A stretch of 64,000 bases of DNA from an uncultured Acidobacteriota bacterium (GCA_963804995.1 CAWDSK010000005.1:608001-672000); one strand, 5' to 3'; shown: positions 1 through 10,173, counted from the first letter of the stretch. Numbers and translations are program-made. Notes: generated by a model not told the origin, from the letters alone.

Positions 1-58
1 TTTGAGAATTGTAAACATATGTCTCATAATGCTGGCGTCTTGCCGCCCCGAGGTGTGT

Positions 59-730
59 ATGCAGCTTTCAGAATGGCAGAAGATCCTTATCACATCTCTT
101 GCAAGTTTTTCTGTAGGTGTACTCGCTGAACCGATCAAACTGTGGCTCTCTGAGAATTACAAGAAACGTAAGCTGCGCAGGCTGTGCTACGAACGAGTGC
201 TTATAGTTCGGGATGCTCTAAGCACCGTCCTTAAAGCCCTCAAAGAGCCTGACAAGAAGTTTGGGTACACGAGAACTGGCAAAGAATTCGCGCTTCTGAT
301 GGTTCCCAACCTGGATATAGCAATACTCAAGAATGCAGTCGAGAAGGAAAGCTCAATCTTATGTCAGCTTGATATTGCCCGAACCGTTCGTAACATTGTC
401 AGCTCTCTAGAAGAGATCAAGAGCGATACGTCACTTGAAGAAATGCAGAGGGTAGCCCAAGCAATCATTGCCAACATCGACATGGAGGTCGATTGGAATC
501 GTATCAGCGGAGAATACCTCACCGATATAGCATTCGGGATGGACTGGGAGCAACATAAACTGTTCGACTGGAGGATGCCCCGAGACTTGGATTTACGCAA
601 ATGGGGTTATAAAGACGAATCCCTTCGCCACAAGGTTTTCGTCCTCCGCCCACTTTTCGCGCGCATTGTTTCGCGGATCAGGCATATACGGAATTACACG
701 CGGGTCAGGCCGAGATCCTTAAATCCATAG
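59..730 (+). CDS. Hypothetical protein with N-terminal hydrophobic helix, AT-richer than flanks
   Basis: ORF 2..730; likely ATG at 59 (MQLSEWQKILITSLASFSVGVLA) followed by basic patch KKRKLRR; no recognisable domain. Confidence 0.6.
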   Translation: MQLSEWQKILITSLASFSVGVLAEPIKLWLSENYKKRKLRRLCYERVLIVRDALSTVLKALKEPDKKFGYTRTGKEFALLMVPNLDIAILKNAVEKESSILCQLDIARTVRNIVSSLEEIKSDTSLEEMQRVAQAIIANIDMEVDWNRISGEYLTDIAFGMDWEQHKLFDWRMPRDLDLRKWGYKDESLRHKVFVLRPLFARIVSRIRHIRNYTRVRPRSLNP

Positions 731-783
731 ACTTATCCCCACTCTTGCGCTTCCCCGCGAATCGCTTACTCTGAAATTAACGC

Positions 784-981
784 ATGGCTCAGTCCATCAC
801 GATAGACATCATTCACAAGCATCTTGAATCCGACCGCCGGTGGCGGGAGCGGTGGCACGTCCAATGGGCGCAGAATTACGACCTCTACTGGGACACCGTC
901 ATCATCAACCGGCATACGCAGCGGCGGGGTGGCACAAAGCGAGCGCAGCACTGGGATTTAGTCAAGCCAGGCGGTACCTAG
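784..981 (+). CDS. Small hypothetical protein (65 aa, Trp-rich)
   Basis: ATG-initiated ORF directly after the preceding gene; no family recognised. Confidence 0.35.
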   Translation: MAQSITIDIIHKHLESDRRWRERWHVQWAQNYDLYWDTVIINRHTQRRGGTKRAQHWDLVKPGGT

Positions 982-991
982 TCGAGACGGA

Positions 992-1332
992 CGAATCGTT
1001 CCGATAATAGAAACGGATGCCTGTTCCATAGATCGGTATCATAGAGATATCGGCGGGCATGGCCAGGGTGAAGCGCAGAGCTGGGCTCGCTCTGCGCCAG
1101 CCAAGTGGCCGCTCAAGTGAGCCTTCGAAATGCATCACTTAGCAGAGTGGCTCAGATCACTGAAAAGAGAAACTGTACCAGCGCTTCTTCTTTTCTTCGG
1201 CATTGGCAGGCTGGCGCAGGGCGAGCGCAGCCCTGCGATTTAGTGCGAAGCAAGCCGGCCGGTCCCTGGTCAAGCTGGATGAATCGTCCCGATAATAGAT
1301 TCGGAAGCCTGTTCCGCAGATCGGCATCATAG
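992..1332. repeat. Composite repeat: ~55-bp diverged direct repeats (about 992-1043 and 1281-1332) around an inverted pair (1074-1102 / 1209-1237)
   Basis: gaatcgt(t/c)ccgataataga...gcctgttcc...agatcgg(t/c)atcatag occurs twice; cgcagagctgggctcgctctgcgccagcc is a near-inverse of ggctggcgcagggcgagcgcagccctgcg, which recurs at 11521-11554. Confidence 0.75.
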
Positions 1333-1363
1333 GGAAATTGGGGGGCAGGGTCCGACATGAGCA

Positions 1364-1530
1364 AGTAGCCACGGTCACTGCTTTTGTGACCGTGGGCTTT
1401 CCCCTCGATGACGCAGGGATTGACCCGAGCTTATCAAAGCCTATCGCGGCACGGTCGTGTTGCCCTTTGAACCGGGCAAGTACAGCCGCGTTGCTGTTAA
1501 GATAGTAGGCGACAAGGGTTTTGAAAGCCG
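1364..1530 (+). pseudogene. GTAG-type hairpin fused to a degenerate C-terminal relic of a Mod-like DNA methyltransferase (copy 1)
   Basis: gtagccacggtca...tgaccgtggg hairpin, then sequence reading ...AYRGTVVLPFEPGKYSRVAVKIVGDKGFES; a diverged copy lies at 2294-2470. Confidence 0.6.
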
Positions 1531-1670
1531 CAAGCGCGGACCTTTTCCTCAAGCTCGGCGGCTCTTCTTGCGGACCGTGCCCAAGTGCCGCGGACTCGCA
1601 GACGCGCTACGCCCGCTGACCCACTAGCAGCTTACCGGCTGAAGGGCGCAAGAAGCAAACCGGCGTTAGG

Positions 1671-1706
1671 ATCGTGGTAGTAACGGTTTACATATTTTAT
1701 TTCTGA
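1671..1706 (+). pseudogene. C-terminal stub of a DUF4258-like toxin
   Basis: Reads IVVVTVYIFYF-stop immediately before the RBS of a DUF2283 gene, the usual position and tail of its DUF4258 partner. Confidence 0.5.
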
Positions 1707-1718
1707 AGGAGGAGGGAG

Positions 1719-1943
1719 ATGCGCATCAGTTATGACGGCGAAGTGGACGCGCTCTATATTCGCTTGCTGGAGGGCAAATACCAGTGCCGCACGCTGCGGA
1801 TGACGGACGAAGTGAGTTTGAACATCGGCCCCGGCGAAGAACTGGTGGGCATCGAGGTCCTGGACGCCACGGACGTATTGGGCAAGGGCTCGCTTCCGAC
1901 CGTCGTCCTGGATAACGTTCTCGCTGTGGAGGGCGGAACTTAA
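1719..1943 (+). CDS. DUF2283 domain protein (putative antitoxin)
   Basis: MRISYDGEVDALYIRL...GELVGIEVLDA-type signature; RBS aaggaggag. Confidence 0.85.
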   Translation: MRISYDGEVDALYIRLLEGKYQCRTLRMTDEVSLNIGPGEELVGIEVLDATDVLGKGSLPTVVLDNVLAVEGGT

Positions 1944-2037
1944 CCAAAATTTTGGCAACCCTTACCGGCGCCAGCAAAACCGGAATCCCACCTTCCTGCG
2001 CGCAACCCACGCTGTAATAAAAATACCTGCGCCGTAG

Positions 2038-2151
2038 GCGCTTTGGAGTGCGGTCGCAGCAGCTACCGCCTTCCGTCTTTGCTCCATAGGGGAATCACCC
2101 TATGGCCAGAAGGAGAAAAGCGGTAGCTGCTGCGACCGCACTCCAAAGCGC
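2038..2151. repeat. REP-like perfect 32-bp inverted repeat pair
   Basis: gcgctttggagtgcggtcgcagcagctaccgc (2038-2069) and its exact reverse complement (2120-2151). Confidence 0.9.
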
Positions 2152-2293
2152 TGCGCGCATTTTCATCAGCAGTGCCGTGGCGAAGGCTCATGGGCGTCTG
2201 TGCGGTGCTGCATTTCAACCCCCGCCGCGCCGGGACTTGCCAAAAGCGCTCGCTGCTCACTGCCTACTGTTTTCCGAAGCGGATTCCAGCAGC

Positions 2294-2470
2294 CACTGCT
2301 TTTGCGACCGTGGGTTTTTCCCTCGATGACGCGGAGATTGACCCGGAGCTTGCCAAAGCCTATCGCGGCACAGTCTTGTTGCCCTTTAAACCGGGCAAGC
2401 ACAGGCGCGTTGCTGTTAAAATACTAGGCGACAGGGGTCTTGAGAGCCTAAAGGTTGTGGAGGTGATTTG
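2294..2470 (+). pseudogene. C-terminal relic of a Mod-like (type III-type) DNA methyltransferase (copy 2)
   Basis: AEIDPELAKAYRGTVLLPFKPGKHRRVAVKILGDRGLESLKVVEV resembles the conserved end of site-specific DNA methyltransferases; no upstream catalytic part present. Confidence 0.65.
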
Positions 2471-2894
2471 GTGGGCGGAAACGGGACCAAGTTACTTGAC
2501 ATAACGGGGGAAGTCCTGGAAGCGGACGTCAAGGAGAGGCAATTTCAGCTCTGGACTGACGAATCCAATCATGTTTCAGTGAGCTTCCGGGAATCCGAGG
2601 AAGCGGATGTTACCACCGCGCTCAAGGACCACAAGGTCGTGCGCATCCGTGTAAAAGGGTGGGGTGAGATCGCGCCGAACGGCAAGCTGTTAAGAATCAC
2701 GCAAAGTGGAAGAGTTGAGCCTACAACCGGTGAGCGAGATCCCCATTGATCGCGCCGCGCGACCGATTGAGGAGATCATTCGAGAGTTGGCGGCGGAGGT
2801 TCCGCAAGCCGAATGGGACAGGCTGCCGCATGACCTGACGGATAACCTCGATCACTATCTGTACGGAACACTTCCCCGTATCGGTTATCGGTAG
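2468..2894 (+). pseudogene. Frameshifted hypothetical protein with antitoxin-like C-terminus
   Basis: ORFs 2468..2749 and 2706..2894 join at about 2704 (one extra A in gcaaagtg); tail LPHDLTDNLDHYLYG is typical of antitoxins preceding PIN toxins; no PIN gene follows. Confidence 0.55.
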
Positions 2895-3700
2895 GCTCGA
2901 ACGCCGAGGATGAGTCAAATTGATTGGCCCGTTACAAGCAGCGTAACCCCTCACCCGTCCCGCGCCGGCTGGTGAAAACACCGGCCGCGGTCCACCCTCT
3001 CCCCTCGGAGAGGGCTGTGAACTCTCGCCTTGCGCTGATGAACCGGTAGCCCAATTCCCCAACCGACCCCGCAGCCCGCCGTGACACACTGCACAAGCAG
3101 TGACCAGTGACGAGTGACAAGTGACGAGAAAGACCCAATATCCAAGCCGGGCAGGGGGATAGCGCCGACGGCCAAACTCCGCCAGGACACACTCCCCCAT
3201 ATCGATTATCGGCAGTGTCGGGTCAGAAGAGGAATCCAATGCTGACTTCGAAAATCGCAAATCACGCATCGCAATTCGCAAATGAGCCCCTCACCCGATC
3301 ACCGGATCACTCGATTGCCCACCCCCGCCGGGACACACTCCCCCGTATCGGTTATCGGCAGGCTCGAACGCCGAGGATGAGTCAAATTGAGTGGCCAGTC
3401 ACAAACACCTTGACCCCTCACCCGCCTGCGGGCCGAAGCCGACCCCATTTACGGTTCCCATGGGACCCTTCGGTGGGCGTAGGCCCGTCCCGCACCGGCT
3501 GGTGAAAACGCCGACCGCGGTCCACCCTCTTCCGCCGCGGCGGATTCTGCCGACCCCTCAGAGGGCTAGGTTAACGCTTAGGGGCCTTTGGCCGGGGCTG
3601 TGGCAGGTAGGCTCATGCGGAACCCTTCGAGCCACTGATTAACACTGGTCAGCACGGATAATTCCTCTATTTTGATCCGCGCGAATCGGCGTTAATCTGC
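2868..3700. repeat. Repeat cluster: ~60-bp direct repeats, CCCCTCACCC...CCCTCTCCC hairpin elements and 7-8-mer tandem tracts
   Basis: ccccgtatcggttatcgg(t/c)aggctcgaacgccgaggatgagtcaaattga at about 2868-2929 and 3335-3396, partial at 3186-3215; (AGTGACN)x4 at 3099-3128; AAATCGC-like tract 3252-3281; TCACCCGA-like tract 3291-3315. Confidence 0.8.
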
Positions 3701-3704
3701 GGCC

Positions 3705-4436
3705 TTGCCTTTCGGCAAAAACGCGCGCATTCAATTGGAACACGGAGGGGAGAACGAATCTTCTGAACATTATGAGACCGTGGCCTATTGGTACGGATTG
3801 CCCAGTCCTTCCCTGATTAAGACGGACACGTTGAGCGTGGGTGACCCTGTCAGTGAGAGGGCTCATGCGTATTCATCGCCCGAGGCGAGTGAGCCTGTTG
3901 AGATAACCTCGCGCTATGAATGGGGAGTCGATCATTTGGAGGGGAAGGAAATTTATCCGGCGCACACCGAGGTGGGCCGCTCGACGACAGGCACCTCCGA
4001 ATTCACGCTGAAACTCGCGGCAGATAATCTTGGCGTTATGTTGCGCCGGACGCTCAACTACTCTTTTCCCAATCAACGGGCAGAGGTTTTTGTGGCGAGA
4101 GCCGCGGGAACCTCGCACCCTGGGGCCCCCGATCAGTGGAAGCTCGCGGGCATCTGGTATCTCGCCGGATCAAATTCCTGGATTCACTCCGATCCGAATC
4201 CGTAGTTGGCACCGACCGGGCATAAGATCGAAACTTCCAATCGGCGCTTCCGGGATGATGAGTTTCTTATGGGGCGCGACCTCACCCAAGGACGGTCGGC
4301 GATCCGAGTGAGAGTTCACTTCACGCCGGTTAACATCCCGCTGTTTCCCGGCGCACCGACTCAGAAGCACGCTTGGAGCGAAATCCGCTACTCGGCTTAC
4401 TGCATCGTGATGCCTTTATTCCAAGCGCCTGGTTAG
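3705..4436 (+). pseudogene. 5'-truncated DUF2961 (GH172-like) protein with an internal TAG
   Basis: PFGKNARIQLEHGG...YETVAYWYG is the DUF2961 C-terminal motif; TAG at 4203-4205 followed by in-frame continuation to 4436. Confidence 0.7.
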
Positions 4437-4956
4437 ACTGGATACTTCGCCGTACGGGGACGTTCGCAGGGGCAGCCGGAAGGGCGGGGCGGAATCTGTC
4501 CCGACTCGTCGGGCACCCCAGCTTGATCGTAGTCCCCCACTCTTCGTTTGACCCACGTCCCGCCCTCACAGAGCCGCGGGGAGAAATCAAGACTAAATGT
4601 CTGGAACCTCGGCGGTGAGGATGTGGACAGAATTACCGAGTTCGAAGCCCCCGGGTGTCCCACTTGTTGCTCTCCCAGCGTCTAAGCGCGCGTCGTCCCA
4701 CTAAAAACGACGAACGGGGGAATTTCGGAAATATTCGGAAATATCTGGAGTAGTCACTACTGTAGCGGAATGTGCTGTCTTCCGGGGGTATTGTAAAGAT
4801 TACCTCCCACCTCATTGACCCGCATCGCTTCATGAACTCGTACTATTTTGTGCACTGGATGCAGGTGATACAGTATATTGTTGACCCGCGATGGTGGCCG
4901 TTAGCTTGGCCATTCATCCGCGAGATAGTGCGAAAGCGGCGCGAGGGACGCCACAT

Positions 4957-6447
4957 ATGAACCTGGATCCGAAATGGGTCCCGCTGAAGTGGCCATGCGG
5001 GCCCTTGGAATGGGCACGGCGAAACAAGTCGAAGAGCCTGGGCGCTGACCTCAGGGAAACTCTTGGCGCTTGGGCTCAGCCAGCCACCTTGGACTTGCTC
5101 AAGGGGACGCCGGTCAACTGCCTGGTGGTGCAATGGGCGGATGGCGCGCCCGAAGATTCCGCTCAACAAATGGCGTTGAAGCCACTGCTCGAAGCCGGCC
5201 GCCGGCGGGGAATGAATTTTGTCGGGAAGGTTGCGGCGGGGGAGGGTGTAGGGGCGGCGGTCGCGTCTGCACGTGAAGCGGGGCTCTCTGCCGTTATGCT
5301 CGCGGAACCATCCGCCCCCACCTTCGACCTGCCGGTCATTTCACAATTCCCGCGAGATAAGGTTACGTGGAAATCGGCGACTCCCATTTTCAGTTCGACC
5401 GACAACGAATGGCCGGGACTAAAGCTCGAAACGATGAAGGGAGACACCGCCATCGCCGGTCCGACCGGCGTCCCCTGGGTGAATTCGAACGCATGGTTTT
5501 CACTGTTGTCGGATGAATTAGCTCCCGGAAAAACCCTATGGCTGGATTTTGACCCTCCAGACGCATCAAACATTGCGCACCCTGCGAACTATCCTCTGGC
5601 TGTCGCAGACAGCCAAGCGTATGGCAGCCGGTGGATCATCTCATTGGATGACGACCTTCGGGCCGGCCTCCTCAAAGGGAATCCTCAGGCGACAAGCGTC
5701 TGGAGCAAGACTTGCGAAACGCTCACCTACTTTGAAGATCATCGAGAATGGGAGGGATTCCAATCGCAAGGCATCCTCGCAGTCATATCTGATTTCCTTG
5801 GCGACAATGCCTTCCTCGGCGGAGAGGTGCTAAACCTTCTCACCCGCCGCCAGGTCCACTTCAAGGTCATAGAAAGGTCCAGAGCGCTGTCTACACTCCC
5901 ACCCGGTTTACAGGCGGTACTCTGGCTCGACAAAGACGCCCCCCGCGCCGACCAGCTTGCGAAGTTGCTCGCCTTTGTCCGCCAAGGAGGACTGGTGATT
6001 GCCGCCGCCTACTGGGGCCCTTCAGGAGTAATGCCCACAAAAAAGGATCCGTCCCTTGACTACGAGATGCATGAGATTGGGCATGGGCAAATCGCAGTGT
6101 CAAAAGAAGGGTTTCAGGATCCATACCAGGTGGCCCTGGATGCTCATCTCCTGGTCAGCCGGCGCAATGATCTGGTGCGCCTTTACAACCCGGAGACGAC
6201 AAACTGCCATTCAAGTTTTGATCCGGCCCACAAGCGGCAGCTCGTTCAAATTCTTAATTATTCCTCTAACCCAGCCAGTTTTGTCACACTCTGGGTAAAC
6301 ACTCACGCCCGGTCGGCGCGGCTCTGGAGCCCGGGGGAGAGAGATTCTTTTTCTATTCCGGCCGTGCCTGCCGCACCGGGGACAGAATTCAACCTTCCCA
6401 CCATCTCGGTGAATTGCGCCTTAGAAGTTGAGGGAGTAAATCTATGA
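4957..6447 (+). CDS. Hypothetical protein, coupled to the DUF362 gene
   Basis: Long ORF 4891..6447, likely ATG 4957; ATGA overlap with next gene; the late FVRQGGLVIA segment resembles a class I GATase-like fold. Confidence 0.8.
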   Translation: MNLDPKWVPLKWPCGPLEWARRNKSKSLGADLRETLGAWAQPATLDLLKGTPVNCLVVQWADGAPEDSAQQMALKPLLEAGRRRGMNFVGKVAAGEGVGAAVASAREAGLSAVMLAEPSAPTFDLPVISQFPRDKVTWKSATPIFSSTDNEWPGLKLETMKGDTAIAGPTGVPWVNSNAWFSLLSDELAPGKTLWLDFDPPDASNIAHPANYPLAVADSQAYGSRWIISLDDDLRAGLLKGNPQATSVWSKTCETLTYFEDHREWEGFQSQGILAVISDFLGDNAFLGGEVLNLLTRRQVHFKVIERSRALSTLPPGLQAVLWLDKDAPRADQLAKLLAFVRQGGLVIAAAYWGPSGVMPTKKDPSLDYEMHEIGHGQIAVSKEGFQDPYQVALDAHLLVSRRNDLVRLYNPETTNCHSSFDPAHKRQLVQILNYSSNPASFVTLWVNTHARSARLWSPGERDSFSIPAVPAAPGTEFNLPTISVNCALEVEGVNL

Positions 6448-7598
6448 TGACAAGTCCTTGTTCTCGCAGAAAGTTCCTGGGTGCAGTCGGTGCGACGGCC
6501 GGTGTATGGCTGGCTCGCCCGGCGATGTTCTTGGCCCGTCCTGCTCCGGCAGGGCGTGTGGCGGTGGGAAGGTGTAAGGAGTATGGCCCGGACGTGGTTA
6601 CCACGATGGAGACTATGTTCGATCAGCTGGGTGGGTTGGAGGGACTGGTCCGAGGGAAAACCGTTGCCATAAAACTCAACCTCACCGGAGGAGCCTTTGA
6701 CCGGTTGGGCTACTTTCCCGCAGGCATGACTCATTGGGTTCACCCCGAGGTTGTGGGAGCCACGGTCCATCTGCTTGCCAAGGCCGGAGCTTATCGGATT
6801 CGGCTGCTGGAAAGCCCCTGGTCGACGGCGGAGCCGCTGGAAGAATTTATGCTCCAGGCCAACTGGGAACCCCGAGACTTCCTCAGTGCCGCGCCGCGGG
6901 TGGAGTTTGAGAACACGAACTACCTGGGATTCGGGAAGAAGTATTCTCGCTTTATGGTTCCGGGCGGTGGCTTGATGTTCCAAGGCTACGATCTTAATCA
7001 CTCCTACGAAGACTGCGACGTTTTTGTATCCCTGGCGAAACTGAAAGAGCATCTGACTGCCGGCGTGACCCTGTCGATGAAGAACTGCTTCGGCATTACT
7101 CCCTGCACGATTTACGGGGAAGGATCTCCCGTGGATGAGCCGGGCCGTGTTCCCAAGGGTGGCCGCGACCCGTTCCATTCAGGGAATCGATTGCCTTGCA
7201 AGAGCGCACCCCCGGCGGTTGACCCGAGCGGCTCAAAGGAGGAAGGCTACCGCGTGCCGCGCGTGGTGGCGGACCTGGTGGCATCCCGGCCCATCCATCT
7301 CGCCATCATCGATGGAATCCATACGATGACAAAATGCGAAGGCCCCTGGGCCCCCGGCGCCCACCACGTTAACCCCGGCTTGCTGGTGGCAGGGACAAAC
7401 TGCGTTAACACCGATGCGGTCGGAATGGCGCTCATGGGATTTGATCCTATGGCGGACCGCGGCACGCCTCCCTTTGAGACTTGCGACAGCACGTTGCGGC
7501 TGGCGGAACATTTGGGCGTGGGAACTCGGGACTTGCGGCAAATTGAGGTCGTGGGGACTCCGATTTCTAAAGGGCGCTTCGACTTTCGAAGCGCGTAA
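6444..7598 (+). CDS. DUF362 domain protein with Tat signal
   Basis: SRRKFLG; VAIKLNL, LAKLKEH, GVTLSMKNCFG and AIIDGI motifs. Confidence 0.88.
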   Translation: MMTSPCSRRKFLGAVGATAGVWLARPAMFLARPAPAGRVAVGRCKEYGPDVVTTMETMFDQLGGLEGLVRGKTVAIKLNLTGGAFDRLGYFPAGMTHWVHPEVVGATVHLLAKAGAYRIRLLESPWSTAEPLEEFMLQANWEPRDFLSAAPRVEFENTNYLGFGKKYSRFMVPGGGLMFQGYDLNHSYEDCDVFVSLAKLKEHLTAGVTLSMKNCFGITPCTIYGEGSPVDEPGRVPKGGRDPFHSGNRLPCKSAPPAVDPSGSKEEGYRVPRVVADLVASRPIHLAIIDGIHTMTKCEGPWAPGAHHVNPGLLVAGTNCVNTDAVGMALMGFDPMADRGTPPFETCDSTLRLAEHLGVGTRDLRQIEVVGTPISKGRFDFRSA

Positions 7599-7786
7599 TC
7601 GTTAAGAATTTAGTTGCCCGCCGCCCTTTAATCCGGGTTATTGGAATAAGCTGGCAAATCCGTCATTCTGCACCGACGTGCTCCGCCTGCACCGGGCGGC
7701 ACGGGTGCAAGTTATCGGTCGGCCGGAAGAAAAAATAGAAATTCGTGCGCCGGGATAAACCGCATGAACATTGGGGTACAAAAGCG

Positions 7787-9061
7787 ATGAAACTCAACAG
7801 AAGATCGTTCTTGCAAAATACCGGCATTGGCTCCTTGGCCGCTCTAGGCAGCGGCAGCCTGCCGACCGCGACGGCGGCCGCGCTGGACAACACCGAACCC
7901 ATGAAGATCACCCAGGTTGACGCCATTACGTTCCGAAAGGATCTGCATATCGGCGGCGGCTCTGGCGCGCGGGTAGACGGCGCTGAGTTCTGGTGGGTGC
8001 GACTGCATACCGATAAAGGCATTGTGGGGACGGGCGAAACCTATCCCTTTCAGCAGGGTGAAATCGGCGCTCTCAAGGACCACGCCAGGCTGATTCTGGG
8101 CCGCGATCCTCGTGATATCGACGGGATCTGGCGCGAGTTGCACTTCGAAGGTGCCATGCGGACGACCGGCGGCGCCGACATGCGCATGTTGAGCGCTGTG
8201 AACATGGCGCAACTCGATATTCTCGGCCAGGCTTCCGGGCTTCCCCTCTACCGGCTGCTCGGGGGAAGGACCCGCTCCCGGGTGCGAGTCTATAACACGA
8301 CCACTGACTATTGGGCGATCAACGACATGAAGATGGGCCCGGACACCATGAAGATCGTGAGATTTCTACTCGATCGCGGGATCACCGGGATGAAGATCTA
8401 CCCGTTTGACGCGGAGGACCATTACCTCTCGAACCAAGCCCTGGAAGAAGGTTTGGGTTGGATCCGAGAGATTCGGGACGGTGTCGGAAACAAGATGGAC
8501 ATCTGCGTCGACTGCTGGGCGCGATTTGACTTTACCAGCGCCACGCGTATAGCCAAGGCTCTGGAGCCGTACAACATCATGTATCTGGAAGACGCGATGA
8601 TGAGCGGGAACGCCAAGTCCTACGCGCGGCTTGCGGCGGAGACCAGCGTGCCCATCTGCATTAGCGAGACGCTGGCGACCCGCTACGAGTACCGCGAGTT
8701 CCTGGAACTGAAATCGTGCGATGTGATCATGTATGACGTTACCTGGTGCGGCGGTCCGTCAGAAGCGAAACGCATCTCCGACATGGCGGAAACCTACCTA
8801 ATCCCCACATCTCCCCATACATGCGGAGGCCCACTCCTCTATATGTGTTCCGTCCACCTCGCCACCGCGCTGCCCGATCTCCTTATCATGGAGAGTAACT
8901 ACTGGAAGTACGCTCACCAGTATCCTTACTTCGTAAACAACGTACCCGTCCCGAAGGAGGGGCACGTAACGCCACCAGAGCTGCCAGGTATCGGAGCAGA
9001 AATCAAGCCCGAACTCTTTCACAACGGCGACGCCAATGTGGAAATCGTGGCCAAGATCTAA
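7787..9061 (+). CDS. Mandelate racemase/enolase-superfamily dehydratase with Tat signal
   Basis: LNRRSFLQ; GTGET, LDILGQASGLPLYRLLGG, metal ligands VD..LED..SET, PELPGIG. Confidence 0.9.
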   Translation: MKLNRRSFLQNTGIGSLAALGSGSLPTATAAALDNTEPMKITQVDAITFRKDLHIGGGSGARVDGAEFWWVRLHTDKGIVGTGETYPFQQGEIGALKDHARLILGRDPRDIDGIWRELHFEGAMRTTGGADMRMLSAVNMAQLDILGQASGLPLYRLLGGRTRSRVRVYNTTTDYWAINDMKMGPDTMKIVRFLLDRGITGMKIYPFDAEDHYLSNQALEEGLGWIREIRDGVGNKMDICVDCWARFDFTSATRIAKALEPYNIMYLEDAMMSGNAKSYARLAAETSVPICISETLATRYEYREFLELKSCDVIMYDVTWCGGPSEAKRISDMAETYLIPTSPHTCGGPLLYMCSVHLATALPDLLIMESNYWKYAHQYPYFVNNVPVPKEGHVTPPELPGIGAEIKPELFHNGDANVEIVAKI

Positions 9062-9137
9062 CTTAGGGTGGTGGGGTCGAGGGCTGGCGCCATTGCTCCT
9101 GTGGTTCGCCAGAATCTCATCCACGGGCCGCCGGCGT

Positions 9138-9860
9138 TCAGCGCCCGCCCGGGTCGGCGCCGGTTCGGGTAGTATCCGCCGTGCCCACGGGGACATCGAC
9201 GTCGAGATACCATGCGATGGGGAGGCTGCCCCAATACGCGGGGCGGAATGTCCAGCCCTTGAGGCTTTTCTCGGCGGCTTCAAGATTGGTTCCGGCGCCG
9301 GGACCTGCCTCAACGTCAATCACCTGACCCTGGTCATTCAGTAGCACCCGCATATGCACTACCGTGGTCGGAAACAGATTTGCAGGTCGCCCGATGACTT
9401 CAGGCGGTTTGACCTGGCGGCTAAGGTCGCGTTCCGGCTCGCGGGGTACCGTCTCCGCTTTGTGAGTGTGCAGAGAGAATTTCACTTCCACTGTCGTGAG
9501 GAAACCCGAGGGCCCGGAGGGCGTCTGCAAGGGGCGATAGATCCAACCGCGCGCCGCCTTCAGGGCTGACGCCGCCAGAATGGGATGCCCGCGCACGACG
9601 TGGGCCTTGGCCACTTTGCCATCGCGGGTGATTTCGACTCGCATCTGCACGTGCCCTTGAATGTAGTTGACCTTAGCCACGGGCGGATACTCCGGCCGGG
9701 CTTGATCCAAAACCAAGCGCGTGACCTGCTCTCTGTTGAGGCTAACTGGGTCTTGGGCAGGCAGGAGGGGTTGGGCCTGCGGGAGCGCGATCTCCAGCGC
9801 GCACCCCCAGGCGAGTACCCAGAGGAAGAGGCTGTGTCGATGCCACCCGAACTCAGTCAT
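9138..9860 (-). CDS. TonB C-terminal domain protein (two TonB_C-like repeats)
   Basis: PEYPPVAKVNYIQGHV...DGKV...GHPILAASALKAARGWIYRP plus a second degenerate repeat ending WTFRPA; start uncertain. Confidence 0.8.
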   Translation of the reverse strand: MTEFGWHRHSLFLWVLAWGCALEIALPQAQPLLPAQDPVSLNREQVTRLVLDQARPEYPPVAKVNYIQGHVQMRVEITRDGKVAKAHVVRGHPILAASALKAARGWIYRPLQTPSGPSGFLTTVEVKFSLHTHKAETVPREPERDLSRQVKPPEVIGRPANLFPTTVVHMRVLLNDQGQVIDVEAGPGAGTNLEAAEKSLKGWTFRPAYWGSLPIAWYLDVDVPVGTADTTRTGADPGGR

Positions 9861-10064
9861 GTTCCACACGGTAAGCCACGCACGAAAATGTCGCGACCAT
9901 AAAGAAGCGTACACCACAATCTGGACATGCCACCAATCTACGCCGGTTGCCCTATGGAGGCAATAGTGAAAGGGGCGGGAGAACGCTGGCGGGCGAGAAA
10001 AGCCGAGGACCTCAGACGGTGAAGGTCCACGCTACTCGGAACAAGGGTCTGGGATTCCTGGGCC

Positions 10065-10103
10065 AAAAACGAGAGCGGGGAACCGCTTCCGGCTCCCCGT
10101 CTC
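10065..10103 (-). terminator. Intrinsic terminator candidate
   Basis: Minus strand GAGACGGGGAGCCG-GAAG-CGGTTCCCCGCTCTC followed by GTTTTT. Confidence 0.65.
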
Positions 10104-10173
10104 ATGTGTTCGTCGTTTTTGCCTTAGCAGCGCCCGTGGGGTGTTGCCAAGGTGCGCACCGCAAGAGCGGTGT

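Noticed and set aside
2868..3396. CRISPR array
   Set aside because: Only two to three degenerate copies with irregular long spacing and no cas genes
4203..4205. In-frame TAG as recoding (pyrrolysine or read-through)
   Set aside because: The gene is already 5'-truncated, other genes end normally at TAG, and no pyl genes are present; a nonsense mutation is simpler
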